Source of the DNA: Methanosarcinales archaeon
GTDB taxonomy: Archaea > Halobacteriota > Methanosarcinia > Methanosarcinales > Methanogasteraceae
Assembly (NCBI GenBank): GCA_030605805.1
Contig: JAUWHQ010000059.1
Span: 1-33,949, forward strand
DNA length: 33,949 bases
Direction of reading: 5' to 3'
The notes under the pieces were generated by a model. That model saw nothing but the letters and a program-made list of their open reading frames with translations. It was not told the DNA's origin and ran no database searches. Shown piece by piece: positions 27,287 to 33,949 of the stretch. The stretch's first letter is position 1; every line of letters begins with the position of its first letter. A program made the translations under genes and the position numbers.

Positions 27287-27322
27287 ACGAATCCCACGAA
27301 TAGCACAAATGACACGAATGGA
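27287..27322 (+). repeat. Four tandem 9-bp units (ACGAATNNC-like)
   Basis: The sequence reads ACGAATccc ACGAATagc ACAAATgac ACGAATgga, with unit starts at 27287, 27296, 27305 and 27314. It begins about 30 nt after the PD40 gene stop. Confidence 0.6.
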
Positions 27323-27562
27323 TCGTCGGAGGCGAAGCATCCTGTATTTTTCCAGCACTTTCGGATGTTCCCAACTTCTGAAATGGTTTGTTCGTCGTGT
27401 GAGCTTTATGTCCGTACTTTCTGTAGTTATAAGCCCTCGTGTTCCAAACTCCTCCCTCAAAAGAGTGGTCCACATCGAAACGACGTTCCGCTCGATCTAC
27501 AATTACATTTAAGTACCAAAAGGCGTTAATTAATATATAACTACTAACCGGAGGGCTAAATC

Positions 27563-28672
27563 ATGAAATCCATAGTCGAAGATGCATTATCTCGGGCGGA
27601 AATGCAAGTGGAATCGCCGATATACCTGCAGGATCAGTCTATCGAGACTGATCAGGAACTTGAAAAGATTCTGTCAGAACTCAAGACCAACATCGCGGTC
27701 ATAGGATGCGGTGGCGGCGGCTCGAACACCATCCAGCGGATGATGGAGGAAGGTATCAGCGGTGCTGAGCTGTGCGCAGTGAACACCGACGCCCAGCACC
27801 TGCTGTACATCAATGCGGCTCAGAAGGTACTGATCGGGCGCAAGACCACGAAAGGACTGGGCGCGGGCAGCATACCACAGATCGGGGAAGCCTCTGCCGA
27901 GGAAAATCTGGACGAGATCCAGAAGGTCGTGGATGGCGCGGATATGGTGTTCATCACCTGCGGGCTTGGTGGCGGCACAGGCACCGGATCTGCTCCAGTC
28001 GTTGCGAAAGCCGCGCAGGACGCTGGCGCACTCACGATCTCGATCGCGACACTCCCGTTCACGGCAGAAGGCTCGATCAGACGCAGCAATGCCGAAGCAG
28101 GGCTCAAGCGTCTGATGGAGGTGTCTGATACCGTAATCGTTGTTCCGAACGACCGGCTGATGGAAGTGGTGCCAAGACTCCCATTGCAGGTCGCCTTCAA
28201 GGTCTGCGATGAGGTTCTGATGCGGGCGGTTAAGGGCATCACCGAACTGATCACAAAACCGGGGCTGGTCAACCTCGATTTCGCAGACGTGCGGACAATC
28301 ATGCAGAAGGGCGGCGTTGCGATGATCGGGCTTGGCGAGGCAGAGGGCGAGAACAAGGCGACAGAATCTGTGAAAAAGGCACTCAGAAGTCCGCTTCTCG
28401 ATGTGGACATCTCTGGCGCAAGCTCGGCGCTCGTGAACGTGGTCGGCGGAGCAGATATGACTGTATCAGAGGCGGAGGGCGTCGTTGAAGAAGTTTATCA
28501 GCGAATCGATCCGAATGCACGCCTGATCTGGGGGGCACAGATCGACCCGTCGCTCGAGAACACGGTGCGCACCATGCTCGTGGTCACTGGCGTCAAGTCG
28601 CCGCAGATATACGGAAAGGGTTCTGCCGGACCAAGCGTCATCAGAAAATACGGCATCGACTTCGTGTGCTAA
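27563..28672 (+). CDS. ftsZ: Cell division GTPase FtsZ
   Basis: 369 aa. [17 protein letters not shown] and the tubulin signature [21 protein letters not shown] Shine-Dalgarno at 27550-27555 and an AT-rich TTAATTAATATATAA stretch upstream. Confidence 0.95.
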   Translation: MKSIVEDALSRAEMQVESPIYLQDQSIETDQELEKILSELKTNIAVIGCGGGGSNTIQRMMEEGISGAELCAVNTDAQHLLYINAAQKVLIGRKTTKGLGAGSIPQIGEASAEENLDEIQKVVDGADMVFITCGLGGGTGTGSAPVVAKAAQDAGALTISIATLPFTAEGSIRRSNAEAGLKRLMEVSDTVIVVPNDRLMEVVPRLPLQVAFKVCDEVLMRAVKGITELITKPGLVNLDFADVRTIMQKGGVAMIGLGEAEGENKATESVKKALRSPLLDVDISGASSALVNVVGGADMTVSEAEGVVEEVYQRIDPNARLIWGAQIDPSLENTVRTMLVVTGVKSPQIYGKGSAGPSVIRKYGIDFVC

Positions 28673-28674
28673 CA

Positions 28675-28857
28675 ATGTCGCTGGCTAATTCGATCAAACT
28701 CGGTGAGTATGCACGGATACTCAAACTGGCAAGAAAGCCGAGCAGAGAAGAGTTTAAGATGATTGCGAAGGTTGCCGGTGCAGGAATACTGCTGATCGGG
28801 TTTTTCGGTTTTCTTGTATACCTGATATTGACAGAACTACCGCAATGGCTCCTGTGA
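28675..28857 (+). CDS. secE: Protein translocase subunit SecE / Sec61-gamma
   Basis: 60 aa. EYARILKLARKPSREEFKMIAKVAGAGILLIGFFGFLVYLI matches the archaeal SecE pattern. It lies immediately after ftsZ, as in the conserved euryarchaeal ftsZ-secE arrangement. Confidence 0.8.
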   Translation: MSLANSIKLGEYARILKLARKPSREEFKMIAKVAGAGILLIGFFGFLVYLILTELPQWLL

Positions 28858-29178
28858 TCGATAGCGACCGAGACCAAGTGACCTACCCGGAAATCCGATC
28901 AAACCACAAACGATTGTGAGGGGGCGGTATCTGCCTCCTTGCAACATAACCTCTGGAGTTTGAGTTTAAAGGCTCGTTTTCAAATTCGTGTGATTTTAGT
29001 GTTGATGGCGTGCGCTGATGCTTCGCATTCACATTTTTAACGAAATATAGCGCAAAAACATCTCTAAAGCGATGTTGAGTCTGCGCGATAAGTGGCATTG
29101 TTCAACACGGCATTCCAACACAACGGATATAATACTTTGCAACCCATGGCAATCCAACAATGGAGGAGTCAGGCTACC

Positions 29179-30564
29179 ATGAAACAACTCGACATCATCG
29201 CAGCCCCGCTTGAAAAGAAGTCGCTCAAACTACTCTTATTCGGAGCGGGCGAACTCGGAAAAGAGATCGCGATAGAGGCGCAGCGCCTCGGCATGGAGGT
29301 CATCGCTGTGGATCGATATGAGCGGGCGCCGGCGCAGCAGGTCGCACACAGGGCATACACCGTGAACATGATGGATGCGAATGCGATGCGCTCGATCGTG
29401 GATCGGGAACGACCGGATATCATCATACCCGAGATCGAGGCGATCGACCTCGATATCCTCTTTGAGTTCGAGGAGGAGGGGTATCTGGTCACGCCGAATG
29501 CACGTGCGACACACGCCGCCATGAACCGGGAGCGTATCAGGGAATTGATCGTGAAATCCGGCGTCAAAACAGGAGCGTACGCATACACACGTACAGACGA
29601 CCTGTCAGAGTTTGCAGATGCGGTCGAGAAGATCGGATACCCGTGCTTTAGCAAAGCGATCATGTCAAGCAGCGGCAAAGGCTCATATTTCATCGAGAAG
29701 CGGGAGGACGTTAAGAAGGCGATGAATGCTGCCAGATACGAGACCCGGGGCTCCGGAGAGATGGCGATCATCGAGGAGTACATACCATTTGACACGGAAG
29801 TGACCGAGATCGCGGTCAGGCATCTGGACGAGGACGGCAGCCGGATCGTCACCACGTTCCCAAAGCCGATCGGGCACTACCAGATCGACGGCGATTACCA
29901 TTCATCGTGGCAGAGCCCGGATGTCGAAGAATACCTGCCATACAACGTCGACGAGATCGGAAAGTCGGTCGATAAGGATCCGGGGCTCGCAGAAGAGGCT
30001 GAGAAGAAGATTTACGATGCAGCACAAAAAATAACCGATAAACTGGGTGGAGTCGGGGTGTTCGGATGCGAACTCTTTGTTCGTGTCAGGGACGGCAAAG
30101 TCGAGGTCTATGGTAACGAATGCGCACCCAGACCGCACGATACAGGCATGGTTACGTATATCTCGCATCCGCAGGGATTCAATGAGGGTGGATTGCATGT
30201 TCGTGCGATCACAGGGCTTCCGATCCCGACACGCGCCCGGGCGGGCTACCGGATATTCGATCCGATCAAGCCTGCCGCATCCCATGTGATCCTCTCGTCT
30301 GTCCAGGGGTTCGACCCCGAGTACAAAGGCATCTTCGATGCGATGTCTGTGCAGGGTGCCAACATCTACCTCTTTGGAAAGCCGCTTGCGTATCACAGCG
30401 GATGGATCGTTGAGGAGCGGATGGGCATCGCGCTTGCGCTTGGCGAGAATGCGTTTGATGCCAAGCAGAAGGCGGAGGTTGCCGCACACAAGATTCGGAT
30501 CAGAACTGCGACCGAGCCTGCGTGGCGGGGGCAGGAAGAGCGGCGGATGCATGTGGCGGTGTAG
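29179..30564 (+). CDS. purT: Formate-dependent phosphoribosylglycinamide formyltransferase (GAR transformylase 2, ATP-grasp)
   Basis: ATG 29179 is preceded by GGAGGAG. KLLLFGAGELGKEIAIEAQRLG, GDYHSSWQ, ECAPRPHDTGMVT and LFGKP...RMGIALALG match PurT blocks. It is longer than E. coli PurT because of an internal insertion and a C-terminal tail. Confidence 0.9.
   Translation: MKQLDIIAAPLEKKSLKLLLFGAGELGKEIAIEAQRLGMEVIAVDRYERAPAQQVAHRAYTVNMMDANAMRSIVDRERPDIIIPEIEAIDLDILFEFEEEGYLVTPNARATHAAMNRERIRELIVKSGVKTGAYAYTRTDDLSEFADAVEKIGYPCFSKAIMSSSGKGSYFIEKREDVKKAMNAARYETRGSGEMAIIEEYIPFDTEVTEIAVRHLDEDGSRIVTTFPKPIGHYQIDGDYHSSWQSPDVEEYLPYNVDEIGKSVDKDPGLAEEAEKKIYDAAQKITDKLGGVGVFGCELFVRVRDGKVEVYGNECAPRPHDTGMVTYISHPQGFNEGGLHVRAITGLPIPTRARAGYRIFDPIKPAASHVILSSVQGFDPEYKGIFDAMSVQGANIYLFGKPLAYHSGWIVEERMGIALALGENAFDAKQKAEVAAHKIRIRTATEPAWRGQEERRMHVAV
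30417..30554 (+). repeat. Left copy of a 138-bp direct repeat (3' end of purT)
   Basis: Gapless hand alignment with 31675-31812 gives 119 of 138 identical positions. Confidence 0.9.
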
Positions 30565-30830
30565 GGATGGTGATCAGATGGTGCCAACAGCCTGGTCTTG
30601 TCCACAGGAATGATTGCTGCCGGACCGATCAGGTTTGCTGCAACAGAGAACCCCACCAGATCCCAGCCAGTGGCAAGTATTATCGCAGGGGGATATCGTT
30701 GCCATCACAAGAGTGGAGATGATGGATCGCTAATAAAATGTTGGGGTACTCCTATGCTATCGAAGCGCAACTACTTCGGGAAACCCTTATACAAATTTAG
30801 GTGAAACGCACAAGTGAAGGAGAAGTAATC

Positions 30831-31049
30831 ATGTCCGCTGAAATTTCTGTCTATGAAAAAGAGCTAATTCGTGAAATCGAAGAGACACCGCACGAATATC
30901 TACCTAACCTGCTTCAGATTGTCAGATTGTTCCGTGAGAGCGTGGTGTTAAAGCCTGCCGAGGATAGCTTCCGTCAGGGCTGGAAGGAAGCGATGGCAGG
31001 TGAGACACGACCGGTATCTGAATTGTGGGATGACATTGATGCCGAGTGA
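30831..31049 (+). CDS. Small antitoxin-like protein upstream of a RelE/ParE-type toxin
   Basis: 72 aa from ATG 30831, with AAGGAG upstream. The C-terminus is acidic (PVSELWDDIDAE). The stop overlaps the toxin ATG at 31039 by 11 nt. The family was not recognised; the call rests on position and size. Confidence 0.55.
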   Translation: MSAEISVYEKELIREIEETPHEYLPNLLQIVRLFRESVVLKPAEDSFRQGWKEAMAGETRPVSELWDDIDAE

Positions 31050-31388
31050 GCCAGCCGAACCTGTGCAGGTTGAGTATACCCCGGAATTCAAGCGTAACCT
31101 GCGGGCACTTGCCAAAAAATACCGGCACATTCGCTCTGACGTTCAGCCGGTGATTGACCAACTTCGGGCAGGCGAGGTTATGGGCGACCAGGTGCCCGGG
31201 GACGCGGGTGCACCATATTCAAGGTGCGGGTGCGGAACATGGATATCCGGAAAGGCAAACGTTCTGGCTATCGCCTGATCTACCACCTCAAGACGCCTAC
31301 AAACGTCATTCTTGTGACGATTTATTCCAAATTGGATCAGGCAGACATCTCGGCAGAGCAGATTCGGCGCATTCTGACCCAGGTTTGA
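31039..31388 (+). pseudogene. RelE/ParE-family toxin gene interrupted by a -1 frameshift
   Basis: The N-terminal part MPSEPAEPVQVEYTPEFKRNLRALAKKYRHIRSDVQPVIDQLRAGEVMGDQVPGDAGAP is in frame 1. The canonical C-terminal part IFKVRVRNMDIRKGKRSGYRLIYHLKTPTNVILVTIYSKLDQADISAEQIRRILTQV-stop is in frame 0. The switch point is about 31212-31215. Confidence 0.75.
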
Positions 31389-31674
31389 CAAGCACTTCGC
31401 CTGACAGCGCAAATACGCGAGACGAATGAACAAATTCGTATCGTTTTCTGGCGCCCACCCCTCCCATCTGTCCGCGCTCATCCTGACATGCGACCTCCCT
31501 CCCGCGGGTGCCCCTGACTTTAGAGTCGATCTCACAATTCGAAATCTCAATAAAAAGAAGTCCGGACAAGATATTATATCAAAAAAGAAGCGTCCAATTT
31601 CGTAAAATATCCAATTATTGGACAGTCTCTTTGGTTAGAGTGGAGCGGCTGGGACTTGGAAAGATATCGACGGC

Positions 31675-31819
31675 GCGGATGGGCATCGCGCTTGTGCTTG
31701 GCGAAAGTGCGTTTGATGCGAAGCGGAAGGCTGAAGTTGCTGCGCACAAGATCCTGATCAGGACTGCGGCCGATCAGGAGTGGCAGGGGCAGGAAGTGCG
31801 GCGGATGCATGTTACCTGA
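31675..31819 (+). pseudogene. Orphan purT 3' fragment (right copy of the 138-bp repeat)
   Basis: It encodes RMGIALVLGESAFDAKRKAEVAAHKILIRTAADQEWQGQEVRRMHVT-stop, compared with RMGIALALGENAFDAKQKAEVAAHKIRIRTATEPAWRGQEERRMHVAV-stop in intact purT. The upstream part of track ORF 31508-31819 is unrelated sequence. Confidence 0.85.
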
Positions 31820-31828
31820 TCCGGGCTG

Positions 31829-33949
31829 CTAACGCTGAAGATACCGCTCCACCACCTCCACGATATTCCTGACATCGCACTCGATCCCATTTCTCGCAAG
31901 TCCGTGCCTGAACTGGAGTTCGCAGCTCGGACAGGTGGTAACAACCACATCAGGCTCGATCTTCCGGATATCATCCGCTTTTCGGTCAAATATCTGAAGA
32001 GAGATCTCGGGATGCAGGAAACTGTACGCTCCAGCCCCGCCGCAGCACCCATCGCTGGTCTCGACGAAATCAGAGACGATCCGCTTCAGTAACTCGCCGC
32101 CACGAATGCCGACAGCCGCGAGATGGCATGGATTGTGGTATGCCACACGAATGTCCAGTTTTTCCCTCGAAAACGCACTCTCATCGAGATTTTTCAGCAA
32201 AAAATCGCCGATATCGTAGGTGATCCCAGATACTCTCGCCGCAGCCCTGCCGACGTCATCATCGTCATCTGTTAGCAGTTCCACAGACTTCTTGAGCATC
32301 ATCGTGCAGGACGCGCATGACGTCACGATGGCGTCGTACCGCTCATCCGAAAACGCGAGAACGTTCTTCCTTGCAACGTCTCTTGCGAGATCGTACATAC
32401 CCTCTTCGATCATCGGAAGTCCGCAGCACTCTTGTTCCGGGATAAAGACATTAAATCCGCTCTTTTCGAGCACCCGGATCATCGAGTCAAAGACGCCGTC
32501 ATCAAGGATCGTGGACGCGCATCCCGCGAATACCGCAACATTCAGCGCATCCGGATTCCGCATACCCGCGGCAGGCAGCAGCGGTCCATTCCTGAAGCGG
32601 GGGAGCGATCGTTTCAAAAGCATCTTTGCTGCCGGGTTTGCAACCGGACTCATCTTCCCAAAAAACCGTGCATACCTGCTGAATCGGTCCAGATCGGACG
32701 CCCACGCACGCATCGTCTGCCTGACCGGCAGAGACGCGGTCTTCTGTGTGAAGAGCAGTTCACCGACGCTCGCATGGCTCGGGCATCTGGTCGTGCATCT
32801 CAGACAGCCAAGACAGAGCTTGAGCATCCTCTCTACTCGGCGTGACTCTGCGGCTGTTGTTTGTTCAAGGTTTCTGAACCGCAGAAGCTGGAGAAACGAC
32901 CTCGAACCAGTTTCCCCCCCGATCGTGGTCGATATCGGACAGACCGACTTGCAGTACCCGCAGTTGACGCATGGTTGTTCAAACCGGTTCATATATTCTC
33001 TCGGATATTTGATGTCATCGGTGATCTCCCTATCGCTGAACATGACATCAGGGTTCAAGAGGTCTCGAGGATCGAATATCTCCTTGATCTGCCGCATATA
33101 GCCGTATATCGGCTTGCCCCACTCTTTTTCAAGAAACATCGTCCTCAAGCGACCCATCCCGTGCTCTCCGGTCATGGTTCCGTTGTATTTGAATACCGCA
33201 TCATACACGCGGTCAACGAGTTTCGGGAGCAGATCGATGTTCTTCGGGTCGTTCAAGTTCAGCATCGGTCTGATATGCAGATTTCCTGATCCTGCATGTC
33301 CGTAGATCGCAGATACGATGTTGTATTCGTCGAATATCTCATTCAGGTCGCGTATCAGCGGAGCAAGGTCAGATATCCTGACAGCAACGTCATCGATGAA
33401 CGCATCAGGTTTTGTGTCAGGATCGTAGTTTGTCAGGATCGGAACAAGTGCTTTCCTGACCGCCCACACATTCTCCTGCACTTCAGCGTCTTCTGTTTCA
33501 GAGATGACTTCTCCGCCGATGTCATAGCGATCATTGATCAGTTTCTCAAGATCACGTATCTTTGATCTCCGATCATCTCCCTCAAACTCGACGAAAAGCG
33601 CGCTCACGTCCGCATCCGCAGGTATTCCCATATTAGGGTACTCTGACCGCACAATACCAAGAGAAGTCGAGTCCATCATCTCGATCTTCACAGGACCGAG
33701 TTCTCTGATGTGTTGCACAGCATCGCCCGCATCATACAGGCTCCTGAAATATATCGCACTGATTGACTTTCCCGCGACGATCGGAAGGACTTTCAGCCGT
33801 ATTTTCGTAAAAATGCCGAGCGTCCCAACACTTGAGGACATTAGGTGCGCGATTCTATCGCCGATGCCCTCGTAATCGAGCAGCGCTCCGATATTGTAGC
33901 CGCTCGCAATCTTGATATCCTTTCGCGAGTCCAGACGACTGGTAGCGTC
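31829..33949 (-). CDS. FAD-linked oxidase (GlcD/D-lactate dehydrogenase-like) fused to an Fe-S/CCG (GlpC/GlcF-like) domain; N-terminus beyond the window
   Basis: The frame stays open upstream of the track M at 33841 to the window end (...ASGYNIGALLDYEGIGDRIAHLMSSSVGTLGIF). There are two CxxCxxCxxxCP ferredoxin motifs, CVNCGYCKSVCP and CLGCLRCTTRCP. Cys-rich CCG-type motifs (QECCG, HNPCH, GCCGGAG) lie in the C-terminal half. Confidence 0.85.
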   Translation of the reverse strand, partial: DATSRLDSRKDIKIASGYNIGALLDYEGIGDRIAHLMSSSVGTLGIFTKIRLKVLPIVAGKSISAIYFRSLYDAGDAVQHIRELGPVKIEMMDSTSLGIVRSEYPNMGIPADADVSALFVEFEGDDRRSKIRDLEKLINDRYDIGGEVISETEDAEVQENVWAVRKALVPILTNYDPDTKPDAFIDDVAVRISDLAPLIRDLNEIFDEYNIVSAIYGHAGSGNLHIRPMLNLNDPKNIDLLPKLVDRVYDAVFKYNGTMTGEHGMGRLRTMFLEKEWGKPIYGYMRQIKEIFDPRDLLNPDVMFSDREITDDIKYPREYMNRFEQPCVNCGYCKSVCPISTTIGGETGSRSFLQLLRFRNLEQTTAAESRRVERMLKLCLGCLRCTTRCPSHASVGELLFTQKTASLPVRQTMRAWASDLDRFSRYARFFGKMSPVANPAAKMLLKRSLPRFRNGPLLPAAGMRNPDALNVAVFAGCASTILDDGVFDSMIRVLEKSGFNVFIPEQECCGLPMIEEGMYDLARDVARKNVLAFSDERYDAIVTSCASCTMMLKKSVELLTDDDDDVGRAAARVSGITYDIGDFLLKNLDESAFSREKLDIRVAYHNPCHLAAVGIRGGELLKRIVSDFVETSDGCCGGAGAYSFLHPEISLQIFDRKADDIRKIEPDVVVTTCPSCELQFRHGLARNGIECDVRNIVEVVERYLQR

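Noticed and set aside
27285-27301. GTACGAATCCCA resembling the tRNA-Gly T-arm (GTTCGAATCCCG) as a possible att site downstream of the PD40 gene
   Set aside because: Only about 10 of 12 positions match (13 of 20 when extended), and the match sits inside the 9-bp tandem repeat. That is too short and degenerate to call an attR.
27122-27529. Overlapping ORFs on both strands between the PD40 gene and ftsZ (for example 27122-27475 on the minus strand), considered as a transposase or RAYT remnant
   Set aside because: I could not find any Y1/HUH or DDE motif in any frame. The ORFs overlap each other and contain the tandem repeat.
31508-31819. Track ORF 31508-31819 (103 aa) as a functional gene
   Set aside because: Only its last 48 codons or so are purT-like. 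The first half is unrelated AT-rich sequence with no start context. It is an orphan gene tail.
1-33949. CRISPR arrays, rRNA genes, integrase genes
   Set aside because: I found no regularly spaced 25-40 bp repeats, no rRNA-like sequence and no tyrosine or serine recombinase motif in any listed ORF or in the intergenic regions I read.

Overview
The window looks like an archaeal chromosome segment, probably from a methanogen-type euryarchaeon. The archaeal assignment rests on the hallmark genes CDP-archaeol synthase, FEN1, a Pcc1-like gene, Sec61-gamma/SecE and FtsZ, plus two PGF-CTERM surface proteins. Housekeeping genes present are a citG-like gene, carS, pcc1-like, fen1, an MFS transporter, larA, tRNA-Gly(CCC), ftsZ, secE, purT and a GlcD/GlpC-type FAD/Fe-S oxidoreductase. 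These are interrupted by accessory DNA in four places. (1) A partial IS4-family element sits at the left edge. (2) A roughly 4.9-kb AT-rich island (2383-7330) is bracketed by a 65-bp imperfect direct repeat that duplicates the 3' end of the citG-like gene. It carries a PGF-CTERM protein, a membrane/helical-repeat protein coupled to a GmrSD-type (DUF262/DUF1524) nuclease, and an MNT/HEPN pair. (3) A large minus-strand type I R-M operon runs hsdM, DUF1016/YhcG nuclease, PIN-GNAT-ASCH fusion, ASCH, 299-aa unknown, 170-aa 4-TM protein, hsdS, hsdR, DUF45/M48 peptidase. Here hsdM is separated from hsdS by about 4.6 kb of cargo, and about 3.4 kb of that cargo is strongly AT-rich. (4) A 1.1-kb RelE/ParE-type TA cassette is inserted at the 3' end of purT, bracketed by a 138-bp direct repeat at 86% identity. 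The best candidates for an undescribed system are two tightly coupled modules at the window centre, inside the R-M operon. One is a soluble 299-aa protein plus a 4-TM partner, with a RexAB/Kiwa-like architecture. The other is a PIN-GNAT-ASCH fusion plus a stand-alone ASCH protein. Both TA toxin genes in the window (HEPN and RelE-like) appear frameshifted. No CRISPR array or rRNA was seen.
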